Made by a program: the position numbers and the translations under genes. Below, in pieces: positions 26,801 to 39,440 of a stretch of DNA of 64,000 nucleotides (its first letter is position 1; each line of letters starts with the position of its first letter). The notes beneath the pieces are model-generated. The model did no database searches. It was not told the DNA's origin and saw only the letters and a program-made list of their open reading frames with translations. This DNA comes from Calcarisporiella thermophila CBS 279.70 (lineage: Eukaryota > Fungi > Calcarisporiellomycota): the NCBI RefSeq assembly GCF_041956535.1, contig NW_027192198.1, forward strand, positions 566,714 to 630,713, written 5' to 3'.

Positions 26801-29800
26801 CATTTACCCCCGCCTAGTTCTCCACTTGCACCGCCATTGCATCGAACATTTTCTTATACGCCTTCCAGTGCATCAGCTTCAAACCGCGGAGCTTTTTCAC
26901 ACGCGAAAACGACATCCATTACCACCGGGACTGCTCTCCAGGACTCTGTGGCGAGAACCGAGCGTACCATTCGTGAGCGGCTGGAGCAAGCAAAAAATGT
27001 TTGTGACAATGAATTGCGTCGGGCTATTGATGGCCTCAATGAATATGTAGAGAAGGGACTGCAGTACGTTGAGGATGCGGAAGATGCGTTGAGACACGAC
27101 GAATCACACTCAGAAAATGACGAGGAAGAGGAGGAGAGAGAGGACGAAGAGGTGGGCGAAAGCATTTTCCAAGATCCCACAGAATATCCCGATGATTTCC
27201 GAGGCGTATCAATGCGGTTAGATCCACCCATAGCACCATCTCCTGCCGTTACCACTCCTGCTCTGCCAGCTCAGCACTCCCAACATCCTTTGCAATATTC
27301 AACACATGAGCATAGCACTATTTACAATCCAAAACCTTCGCCCCGATCCGCGTCCCTCGCCCATACACAAGAGACAAGAGTGACCGGCAATGAGCAATCG
27401 AACTTGAATACAATCAATAGTATACCCGTTGCCTTTTGGTCACCTAGTTCTCGGAATCAAACAGCCACTTCTTCCGCTCGCACATCACCCCGCTACACTA
27501 GCCGTTCCAATTCACTTGTCGCTATGGTTGCGGAAGATTCATATTTGCCCACCCCGTTTATTCTGACACTTCAGGACCTTATTTCAGTCGCGCAGGATGT
27601 CATCGATACTTCGCTCTCATCCTTTCTCGCCAATCCTAGTGCATGTATCCAAGCCGTACACCAAATACAGACATTAAGTGCGCGATGGGACACAAATCCG
27701 GACTGGCCGTGCAGGAGATGGTGTGTGCGTATGCTCCTGGGCGTTGCTGCCCTCAGTCGGGTGTTGGAGTGGTGGGAGGCAGAGTGTTCATTCTGGTCAG
27801 CATGGGATGAGCCAGAGAGTTTCAACCTTGAGGAGCAGGTGGAGGGTGATGGCGGAATGAAGGGGCCAGCATATATGAAGTCGCCCTCCATTGCGGATAG
27901 CCCTATGGACGTATCCTCACCTGCTCGGCCACTTAGCGATTTGCCCGACTCGGGTATTCAGAGTGATATGTTTATCCATCGACGGTCATCGATTGTGCCG
28001 AACGATGCCATGGATATATCACCTGCTCTGACTCCGAAGTTGAGCCCTGTGGTGGTTGCTGGAGATGCTTCAAACATTGAACCAATCGCTGTTGAAGAGG
28101 GTTCAGTGACTGAAGACGACAGCCAACAATTGCAACTAGCAGTGGGGCAAGCACAAGGGTTGAATGTTCTAATGGAGTTGAGCCTTGGAGATGTTCGGGT
28201 GAAGTATTTAAGTCCCACTTGGACAGACGTCGTGGGGTAAATATTTAATCGTTGAATTGCATGTTTGTATTTGTTGTTTAGCTTAATTACTTTTGATCTA
28301 TAGCTCTAATCCTCAAGATCTGTTGAATTTACCCATTAATCATGTCCTCTCGGAGGAGGATCAAGGTACATTTGAAGTGGCGACTCGGAGCTTGATAGAG
28401 GACGATTCGAGGACCCTTGAGCTACGATTTAAGTTAACGCGGGACAATGGTGAGGAATTGGAGATGGAAGGCAAAGGTATGTTAGTATATGATCGGATAA
28501 GCGGTAACCCCAGTCACACGATGTGGGTGATAAAACCGTGTGCAGCATCGGCGCAAATAAGGCAGTGGAGAGAGAGCACGATATCGGGTGTCGACTCGAA
28601 CATTGAGGCGGGTAATGCGCCCGATGAAGATATCTCAATGACTATGTCCGAACCTGCTCCTCCAGCCCCGGAGTTTATCCCACCGCTTCATATGCTCCCT
28701 CCTGTTCTTTGTAATATTTGTGAGCGTCATGTGCCGCCTCTATTCTTTGAACGACATTCAGAAATGTGTTCGATGGTTCACCGCGCCGAATCGGATGTAC
28801 AGTTTTGCAATGACAGTTTACGGGATTTGCGGAAACAGCTTGAGGATTTACTTAAAGAATGCACCGGTACTAATGACCGAGATCAAGGCGATGCAAGTGA
28901 GAGAGGCGTAGATGAAGGCGCTGGCGAAGCTGAAATGGAGGGCCTGTTGGGCTCCTTGTTGCGCGTAAAGAATCGGGAGCAGGTTGCAGCTTTTCTACGC
29001 GAGATAATCAATCTACTTGAAAATGCCCTAACAATTTCAACCCCGGGAGCTTATGCATCCTCTTCGGAGCACGAGGATGAGTCTTCTCATCCGTACGCCT
29101 CGAACAAACAGCTCAAAATACCCGTTCTCCACTCGCCCACTTCAGAAACAAAGATCATTCAGATCATTCACTGGAGCCCAATGACACAGCCTCCCGATTC
29201 CCCCGAGGCCACACAGCTGCTAGAAGAGACCCGCACACTAGCTCAGGCCAAAGTGGATGCGGTTCGACGAATGCGTGACACAGTGGAAATGTCTGAGAAG
29301 GTACGGTGCGAGTGGCAACAGCGGGAACATCTGCCCACCTTCATTGAGGACACACGGACCTATATGGGTCATGATGCAGTTGTGGGTAATAATCCAAATG
29401 AGCTCAAGGCTCCACACACTGACCATACGTTGCGCTCAGATTCCGGCAGTGGGACACGCAGAAGAGCGAGCGAGGTTTCCATTTCAAATTCGAAGCCGGA
29501 ACAAACTTCGCAACCATCGGCCAGGCGTCTTTCGTTGCCTAAGGATAAACCCTCTTCCGACAGCAAGCTGCACAATAAGAAGCCACATAACCTGCATGTG
29601 AACATCTCGACTCCCACAATGGAGTTTGCAGAGGTTATCAACACACCAATCGACTTACCAATGATGCGCCCACGACTCCTACACCGCCCAAGCACCATCT
29701 CAGAAGAGGACGTAACACAGAGTGATCGAGGAAGCAGTCCTCTGAACACGGGAGCAGCACGAAATAGCCCATGGAGTTCCCCGCGCGCGATTCCCTCTGC

Positions 29801-32563
29801 CGCCCCTACTTCCCGGCCAACACCCCCCAGCATTAAAGACTTCGAAATCATCAAGCCTATCAGTAAAGGTGCTTTTGGTTCCGTATACCTGTCGAAGAAA
29901 CGGTCGACGGGCGAGTACTATGCGATCAAAGTGCTCAAGAAAGCTGATATGATTGCCAAGAATCAAGTGACGAACGTGAAGGCAGAGCGCATTATTCTGA
30001 TGACCCAGAACGATTCGCCGTTTGTCGTCAAACTCTACTTCACATTTCAAAGTAAGGACTACCTCTACCTCGTGATGGAATACCTTAACGGTGGTGACTG
30101 CGCTGCCCTATTGAAGGCTATCGGGTGTTTAAGCGAAGCATGGGCACGTAATTACTTGGCAGAAGTGGTGTTGGGATTGGAGTTTTTGCACAACCGTGGC
30201 ATTATTCACCGGTAATACTATCTCTAGCCGTGATTAGATGCATTTTTCTTGTTTACTAACGTGATAATGCATTCTGACTATAGTGATTTGAAACCCGATA
30301 ATTTACTCATAGATCAGAATGGCCATCTCAAGCTCACCGACTTCGGTTTATCCCGAATTGGATTCCTAGGGCGCCGTGGTCGAGGCGATCTTGCTCCCCT
30401 TCACACGTCAAGTCGGGATAACACGAGATCCGGTTCTCCTGCCCCTTCCTCAGGAACTTCCGCTCCGACTTCACTAGTTGGCACTCCTCCAATGACGCCC
30501 GCCGACCACTCATATTTTTCTCTCCGATTAATGAACGAGCGTCGTGACTCAAACGGTAGCGCCTCGTCTGCCGAGGATAGCCTTACAATGACGGCATGGC
30601 AAAATAGCCCATTGGATACCTTTACGAACCCCTTCCAACTCTCACCTGCTCAACCATCCACTTCTAGCGGCGCTTATGGGTCCTTTGATGAGCGTTTGGG
30701 CGGACTTGGTTGCTCATTACCTTCCAATAATGGCATCTCGCACCCACCTCCCAGTGGCTATGCCCCAAATCCTCCTAGTCTATTGACCCCTGGTTTCTTA
30801 TTCCGCGAGAATAGTCGCAAGAAAAATAAGACCTGCGCTGGCACTCCAGATTATCTTGCACCGGAGAGTATTTTGGGAACAGGACAAGACGCTATGGTTG
30901 ATTGGGTAGGTTAAATCTACTTTTTAATTCTCCAATAATACAGTTTAATTTAATTGAATACTTGCATTCGTCGCTTCTCCCTTCCTCCTCTCGATTTCCT
31001 CTTCCTCGTAATCATACTGAACAGTGGGCTTTGGGAGTCGTTTGCTATGAGTTTCTCTATGGAGTTCCACCTTTTCATGCGGATAAACCCGAAAGCGTTT
31101 TCGAGAACATCCTTTCTCGAAATATCGACTGGCTCGAGGACGAAATGAATATATCGAGTGTGGCGCGTGATTTTATGGAGCGGCTTCTCTGCCCCGACCC
31201 AGCGCGACGATTGGGAGCAAACGGGGCGGAAGAAGTTAAATCGCATCCATTCTTCAAGGGCGTGCAATGGGACGCATTGCTTACCGAGACGCCATCATTT
31301 GTGCCGCATACCGAAAACGTCGAAGATACTACCTATTTCGACTCAAGGGGGGCCGAGATCGAGAAAGGGGTGTCTAGCTCTTTGGCTACTTTGCCTCCCT
31401 TGTCTTCCGCGAAAGCAGACCAGAAGCTTCCTCTAGAGAATGAGGAAATTCGCCAGGCAATTGAAATGATTCAGAACAAAAGCGAGTCCAAGGACAATGC
31501 TTCCCACACTTCTTCTTTGTTAGCAACGGAGGAGAGATCAAGGCGAGCACGACCCAAGTCTATGGGACCTGGTGAGCTCACTAAGGAGGACGATTTTGGA
31601 TCATTTATGTATAAGAATCTCCACTTGTTGGAGCGAGCAAATCATGAGCTCATCCAAAAGATTCGGACCGAATTGGTGATGGCTGGTGGCGGACGTGAAG
31701 ATCTGTGGCGGCGAACCCTAGTTGGGCGAACACGTGTGAACACAGTGTCTGACATGCCGGTCCGAAGCGCATTCAATGGCGCGCAATCGCCAGGTTCTCC
31801 GCAACCACTGGCTCCATCGCCTGCATCAAACTCGAGTTCCTCAAGTGCTCCGGCAGCAATGGAGCCAACACTCTCTATGTCACCAGTTACATTTAATTCC
31901 AGGAAGAAGTCGGCCGATTCTCTCGCGCGCCAGCTCGCTAAAGGCTCCATTCAGCAACCAGATTCAAGTTCGGCAATACCTGTTCGTTTACGTGCTTGTT
32001 CTCTCGGAGGCGTCGATCGTTCTTCCCTTCGTAATGAGATTATGAACCGCTCAAAGGCCCGCCAACACCGTTCAAGCTATGATGACGAATCTATCCTCAA
32101 ACCACAGGACATAACGATGAACTCTAAACAGGCGAGCTTGCGCCGTGCTGCCACCATGGCGAAACGAACAAATAAACGCCCTCTTGACTGCCTAGTCGCG
32201 GATGACAATCCGATAAGCTGCAAGATTATGGAAACCATCCTTGGTAAGCTGGGGTGTCGCTGTGTTGTGGTACGGAATGGAGCAGAGGCGATCCGGTGTT
32301 CAATGGGTGATGTTAAATTTGATATCATTTTCATGGACATCCGAATGCCGATAATTGATGGCGAAACAGCGTCGCGCATGATAAAGTCCACGAATAACAC
32401 CAACCGAACCACCCCCATTGTGGCGGTGACTGCCTACGAGCAGAATGAAAGGATCGCACGAGCCTTTGAGGATATACTTTTGAAGCCTGTGACGCGGCAG
32501 GACATTTTGCAGCGCCTAAAATACTACTGCTTCTACAGGGGACAGGGCGAGGAGGCGAAATAG
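23858..32563 (+). CDS. RIM15: Rim15/Cek1 (Greatwall-type) AGC kinase with PAS, C2HC zinc finger, split kinase domain and C-terminal receiver domain; ~2,787 aa, 5 exons
   Basis: Exons 23858-26072, 26157-28236, 28304-30211, 30284-30905, 31025-32563 join in phase. PSIKDFEIIKPISKGAFGSVY, HRDLKPDN, DFGLS + long insert + GTPDYLAPE, CNICERH..H...C, and REC domain LVADDN...FMDIRMP. Confidence 0.92.
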
Positions 32564-32987
32564 CGTCTTTCAGAGTTGAACGGTCGAAACCAGGATTTCC
32601 ACGCTCTAATCTTTTAATTAATTCTCAACTATTTTTTCCTTTTCAATTTTTATTATTTAGATTTTACGCACACATATATTTCTTATTTTTTTTTTAATGT
32701 TCTTTTATTTTTCTCTGGAAATACCTTGTAAAAATAGTATCCAGTGTTATTTTCTGTTTTGTGACTAGAGACATTGAATGTCTCCTTTTTTGACTATATC
32801 TTTTCTGGCAGCTAATATTATTTAGCATTTTCGATGCTCATATGGGCGGGCTAAAACAAATTTTCCTTCTGCTGACTATAATAAATATATATATTAATTT
32901 CGCAATTCTATAGGTGAATTGAGCATTTTGTTGAAGATAATATACACTGCAAAGAAGTAATAGAACATTTGAAAGACAAGCCTAATT

Positions 32988-33604
32988 TCAATCGACCATC
33001 ATCTCCTGCTTCTCTCCCTCCTCCCCCTCCTCCTCTCCCTCTTCTCCCTCTTCCTCCTTGGCCTCTTTTTGGCGCATAAGAGCCTTTCTCAACGGGATGG
33101 TTTTTGGAATCACATCTATAGTACAAATTTAAGTAAAGCAGCCACAAAGTAATGTATATTTTTCGGTTTTACCAGAGAGAAATTCAAGTTGGTCTATTTT
33201 GCTGACGGCATTGGCTATTTCGACAGATATATAAATGAAGGATTTGAATTTTGAATCGATACTATCAAATGTTTTCATATATTACCTAAATCTTTATACT
33301 GGATAGTTTTCCTCTTGTCTGCAACTGCATAGTTAACCGCATTGTTAGCGAAGAATTCAATGAATAACTCCTACCCAATGCAATTATCATATAGAATCAA
33401 ATTAGAATATGATTTTGTGGTCATGAACATTGTCGATTATCCAGCTCGAAAGAAAAGAGGGCAATCGATCCAGAATAATTTTACCGTTGCAATAGAAATC
33501 AAAAAAACCGCCTCATTACTACAGAGACCGACGTCTTTGTCCTCTTTTATGATGCGTTTTACGCGAGCGAGCGGTAGCTGGGAAGTGCCGGAATGTTTGG
33601 ACAT
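32988..33604 (-). CDS. DPB3: Histone-fold protein of the NF-YC/POLE4/Dpb3 type (DNA polymerase epsilon/CHRAC subunit), 4 exons, Glu-rich tail; absent from the ORF track
   Basis: MSKHSGTSQLPLARVKRIIKEDKDVGLCSNEAVFLISIAT|ELFIEFFANNAVNYAVADKRKTIQYKDL|ANAVSKIDQLEFLS|DVIPKTIPLRKAL...EEEGEEGEKQEMMVD*. Confidence 0.88.
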
Positions 33605-34084
33605 TTAAAATCGTGTTATTTTACTTAATAGTGACAGTCGCGTTCGTGTTAAATTTTTCAATACTAAGCCATCCTAGATATTTTTTAAGGGATCAGAGCT
33701 CTGCAAGTTAAATTTGCCACCACTATCACATGGTTTAGCTATTTATTTTGAAAATTGGCATAGCGCTCTAGTATTCTTTTTTAAATAAATACGCACCATA
33801 TCCTAATAATATATATGTATCACTAATAATTATTATTTTATTCCAAAAACTGCGTAGATGGCATATGCGAAATATTATCTATTATCTATTTTATATCATA
33901 ATACTTGCAAAGCCCTCGAATCGAAACTGATGTTATTTCAGTAAAAATGGTTGAATTTACTATCTCCATTTGACGCTATTCGGGACCAATTTCGATTTTG
34001 CTCGGCCAAGCATTATAAGAATTAAAACCCCTATTAGCTTCCACTCTTATTATTATTTGCTCTCGAATCGAATAAGATATAGAA

Positions 34085-34720
34085 ATGTAAGTATGCATTC
34101 TCAATTGTAATATATTTTGTTGTGTTGTTATTTTGATGGAGTACCATGAGAAAGTTGGAGTATTTCGATGTTGATGCTTCTTAATCAATTTTTTCACCAT
34201 TAACATATCCTTTACAGGGCCTCTAAACCTTATGATCCTCATCTCCCAAATTACGAGCCATCGCAGCCCAGTAGTAAAACGCAGCGTGTCCAGGAGCAGG
34301 TTTGTATATCTTCAATATATATACATTTTGTTTAATCTAAACACGTAAAACATCCTGCAAGGTGGCCGAAGTAGTGCAAATTATGCAAAATAATGTGAAT
34401 AAAGTGATGGAGCGCGGCGAGCGACTGGATGATTTGCAAGGGAAAACCGAGGATTTGTCAAATACTGCGTCTCATTTTAGACGCGGAGCTAATCAAGTGC
34501 GAAAGCGTATGTGGTGGAAAGGTGGGTTATGGTTAAATCGTTACATCCTATTATTGACTAAATTTGAATGATAATATTAGACATGAAAATGCGCTTATTA
34601 ATCATTGCGGCCGTCATTATTTTGCTCATTATTATTATCGGTAAGTTGCTTTTGCTGGGATATTCACTCTTCATATACTTACCATTTTTTCCTTTAGTCC
34701 CTATTGTCGTACATAAGTAA
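34085..34720 (+). CDS. SNC1: Synaptobrevin/VAMP v-SNARE (Snc1-like); start codon split by first intron
   Basis: AT(34085-34086)|intron 34087-34217|G gives MASKPYDPH...; [29 protein letters not shown]...RKRMWWKDMK plus C-terminal TM helix. Confidence 0.92.
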
Positions 34721-35222
34721 TTCGCGTTTGAAACATATTAGAGTAATATATATAATATACATAAATCATTATATGTAACCCCTGAGATACCCTGGCAGAA
34801 TCATAACAAACTACTACATCTATGAAATTACATTTAAATATCGAAAGCATAGATAGAGCAGCTCATGTCAAAGCATACAATAATATTGACTTTAGAAAAG
34901 TAAATTATTTATTTTTCCTTAGAGTCAATTTCAACATTTGAAGTAGAACTAAACATACATGGGCGTTAGAACACTCGAAATGATAAAGAGAGAATACATC
35001 AATAGCACACTCTTATTTTCAGCAGTGAAACTCAATAATCTAAAGGCCTGTATTCCATTAACCAAGACTGTAAATAAACCTTACCAACCAATATCGAAAT
35101 AGACTCGATTTAACTGCGTATCAATAAATAGTTAACACAAAAATATGGCAATCAGTTGGCAATTACTATACAGGTTTAAAAAAACAGTGAAGTATGAATA
35201 GGCGAGTATATGTTAACAAGAT

Positions 35223-37292
35223 CTAATGGAAGACTGCTATCTTAGATATATGTACTGCTGGCTCGTCATAGTGTGCCTTCGGAAGCTGAGGCTGCTCCAA
35301 TAACAAAAGTGAAAGGAAGCCTATTCCCCATAAGATGATGCAAGTTCGAAAACACCATTGAATGCCCGCGACATATTCAAAGATAACTTGAGTTCGCAGC
35401 TCTGGAGCCAATCTATGGATTTCTCCCATATTGTTCTTGAGTTCCACGAGCGGAATAGGTAGGCTACTCGATCTAGACGCAAGCTGATTGTTAATGATAG
35501 TACCGCCAAGTGCAATGCCGATTGCCATGCCAACTATTTTATTGTATATATCAATGTTTGATTTGGCAAACCTTGTTTGCAATAATATCTACTCGCTCTG
35601 AAAAACAGTGTTACACCTATAGATACTGCAGTATCCTGAGCAGGCACAGAGATTTGTGCGATTAACAGGAGATTTTGGATATTCAATCCGAGCCCAAAAG
35701 ATGGTATAATTGTGTATCCAATCTGCTCTGCTCGACTACTGTTCTGATCTAAAGTCGATAGCATTCCTGCTCCCACTACCATTGCAACGAAACCGACCCA
35801 CATAAATATACGTGGACGCCCCGTTTTCGAGACAAAAAAACCTCCAATTATGCTGAAAGCTACTAGAGTTACCGAAGAGGGTATAAGCTGAGCGCCACTA
35901 GTTGTGGCATCTTCCGAGAGAACAACCTGAAAATATACTGGCATCTAAGTCGAAACTTGTTATGTTAATTGGGCTCATGTATATACTTATAGATATTTTC
36001 AAAGAGAGGCCTACATAGAAAAGGTAAAGCAAAAAACCCATGCCATAAATCAACGATACAAATGTGGCGATAGAGAAGTTACGGATACGAAAGAGTCGCA
36101 AAGGAATGATAGGATCAACAGCCAATTTGGCCTCCACGGGTAGGAAAACTAGAATAGCCGCGAAGCCTACTACCAATTGCACAATAATAGTAGGAGAACT
36201 CCATGCTAAATTATTTCCCCCGAGACTAAATGCCAAAAGTAAAAGAATAACAGCCACACTCAGAGTGAAGCTACCGATAAAGTCGATGCGCTTGATTTTT
36301 GATTTAAAGTCGCCCTTCACAGGAGGAAGATGAAGGACGGATACAACCATAGACAACGCAAGTGCTCCAATCAGCAAATTCACGTAGAATATCCACCGCC
36401 AAGTCGCTTTGTCTGCAATAACCCCTCCTAGAAAAGGGCCAGCGACACTTGCGACTGCCCACGCGGCTGCTATTAAACTCTGATACTTAACACGATCTCT
36501 AGGAGGGATTACATCTGTATAAAGAACCTTTGGCCAAAGATTCAAGAAAAATAGCCAGAAAATTGGCAGATTACCGGCGATTATGATCAGTGCTAGTGAA
36601 ATCACTCCTCCTCCTCCAATTCCCTGAACAGCTCGGAAAGCAATCATCACTGCTATACTATTGGTGGTACCACATACAGCTGAAGCGCTCATGAATATTA
36701 GTTTAGCAAAAATGAACATAAGACGCCGACCGAAAATATCTAAATTATAAACAAGCCAATTGATAGATAAAATGAGATATTATCGACAAAATGTATCAAC
36801 TACCAGAGAGCCGCCCGTATAGAGGTTGAAAGAGAGTCAAGGTAATTTGATAAGCTGTCCCTACCCATGAGATGAGGCTAAGTGCATTGAATCTGTGAGA
36901 AAAATAAATTATTAAATGAGTATAAGAAAAAGGAGAAGCATCACATACTCTGAAGCGAGTTTCGGTAAGGCGGTGCTAATAACGGTTTGATCGAGAGAAC
37001 ACAAAAACACAGAAATGCAAAGACTAATAAAGTATTTTAATTAGCATGTAGACTTTCAAAAATGATTGTCAAACTTAAGATTTTACCCAATAATAATGAA
37101 GAAAACATTTTTAAAGGGTAAATTCACTGATTGTTCGTCAATTCCATTAGCTAAGTTCTTTGTCGAATTCTTTTCCAAGTCAAAATTCTCCTGCATCTCG
37201 ATTGCAGCCCTCTCGTGGTCATCATTTTTTATTTCAGACCTATTCATCTGGCCATCATTTGCTGATGTCAATGCTAAACTAGATTCTGGCAT
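35223..37292 (-). CDS. Major facilitator superfamily drug:H+ antiporter (DHA2-like, ~14 TMS)
   Basis: LDQTVISTALP, LYGRLS/DIFGRR, FRAVQGIGGGG, GPFLGGVI, WRWIFYVNL, many hydrophobic helices; multi-exon. Confidence 0.92.
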
Positions 37293-38204
37293 ACCCTCGT
37301 GGTATTAATCATGAGCTTCAAAGCAGAATGTATCTTGACATAAATTGTATAACTAATACCACTTTCTATTATTATAAATGGGCGTACCAGTATTCAACCG
37401 CGAACCTGGACATATTAAGTTAATCCAAATCGGAAAATCTGATAACCATCTATCCTACGAGGATGCCTAAAAAATTAATCTAAATAATTTTCAAGCTTAA
37501 ATTAATAAGCATGTGTCTAACTAGATCCTTATGAAAAACCTATTTGCCCTGAGGTTTCATTAAGAAAAATGTATTCCACAAGTAAAAAAAAATCGATTGT
37601 CTATTATTATTCAGCACATGAAAACCCGTATTAGCAATTTTAGAAGTGATTGAGTATCTAACAGTGAACTTAAGATTGCCATAGTTGAATGGCACTATGT
37701 AATATAATTCTCTCTACTTCCAGAAACAGGCGCTTATATATCTCTTTATTTACTTGAAGCTATAGCACAAGCAAGAATAGCAGAGAACCAAGGAAAGTAA
37801 ACTATATATCCTGCAATGTTCGAGATAAAAACCACTAGATATAATGCCTAGATCTTTTAGAACAGTAATAGCAATAATTTCCATTTGCACTTGCATTTAA
37901 CGTACGATACATCAATATCGCATTTGCAAATAGATACTTGCTATTACCAACCATATTTAAATCGCTACCTCTTTCCAGAGTAATATACTTATACTGTCTA
38001 CTTGGAATAATATATTCTTTATATGACGCTTCAATGGTGAATTTTTTTTTTCGAACTTGCGGTTGAGCATAAATAAGTAAATTTAATAATTACGAATAAA
38101 CATTTACTCAAGGAAATAGTCTGAAATTAAGTTGCCCTCAACCTGAAATTTTACAGGGTTAACGATTGCAAAGCAGTCATTTTCTTTACTATTTTATCAA
38201 CCAA

Positions 38205-39226
38205 ATGACTTCCTTATCGTACCGCCTGTTGGCACGCAACTTCCGTTCTCTTCGTTGCTACACACGCCCGCAATCGCTTGTCACTAGGTACTATTCATCA
38301 GCGAGCAAGGAGCAAGAGCAAATAACGCATTTTGGGTTCAAAAACATCCCTGAGAGTCAAAAGGAGGAATTAGGTAAGAATATATTATCGAGATGATTCA
38401 TAATGTCTTCGGAGAATACTGATAATTTAAAAAAAAATAAATTCATAGTCGGTAAAGTGTTTGCTAATGTTGCCAACAAATATGATCTGATGAATGACGC
38501 GATGAGCTGTGGGATTCACCGTATATGGAAGGATCATTTCATTCGTGAATTGGCACCTGGCCCCGGTACGAAGTTGCTTGACGTTGCAGGTGGCACTGGA
38601 GATATTGCCATGCGCTTTTTAGATTATTGCCATTCAACACACGGAGATGACACGGCCCAGGTGAAGATTGTAGATATTAATCCCAATATGCTTGAGGTGG
38701 GCAAGCAACGTTTTGCCAATACCCGATATCATGGAAGTTTGTACTCTCTTTGCCAAAAACAGTTTTTTTTTAAATATTGAATACTAGTATCTTTTATAAT
38801 CTAGCACCTCAGCTCGAGTTTCAAGTCGACAATGCTGAACAACTGAATATCCCCTCTGAGAGTGTGGATGCATATACGATTGCCTTCGGCATTCGCAACT
38901 GTACGCACATCGATCGAGTACTTCGTGAGGCGCACCGCGTCTTAAAGAAGGGAGGACGCTTCATGTGTTTGGAGTTTAGTCAAGTAAATAATCCCGCTTT
39001 AAGAATGTTATACGATGCCTATTCGTTCAACGTCATTCCTCAACTTGGAGGCATCCTCGCAAACGACAAGGAATCATATCAGTATCTGGTTGAATCAATA
39101 AGAAAATTCCCACCCCAACCTGAGTTTGCTCGAATGATAAGAGAGGCAGGGTTCACAACAATAGGAAAGGGATGGGAAGACCTCACTTTTGGTGTTGCAG
39201 CCATTCATACTGGCTTTAAGCTGTAA
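38205..39226 (+). CDS. COQ5: Coenzyme Q biosynthesis C-methyltransferase (UbiE/COQ5), mitochondrial
   Basis: Arg-rich presequence, THFGF, YDLMNDAMSCGIHRIWK, LLDVAGGTGDIA, YTIAFGIRN, YQYLVESIRKFP; 2 introns. Confidence 0.97.
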
Positions 39227-39440
39227 ATGCACTCGCTTTATTTTTCCTTTAGAAAATCTGTTTGCTCTAGCGAATTCAGAAGATCCTTTTACTTTTTCTT
39301 TTTTTATAAATTGCTATATATGATAGATATATAACTCTATTCTTTCGAAAGGTATCGACCCATTAACAAAATTTTTCTATCTAATACTTCATTCCAAAAA
39401 AAAATGATTCGCACCACATACAAGATGTTTTCATGTGATA

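Noticed and set aside
23961-32418. Many overlapping alternative-frame and antisense ORFs inside RIM15 (also in clathrin and alkaline phosphatase)
   Set aside because: Expected shadows of long, GC-richer coding sequence.
32908-33147. ORF-track 79-aa RGG/Gly-rich protein
   Set aside because: Wrong frame of the Glu-rich last exon of the POLE4/Dpb3-like gene.
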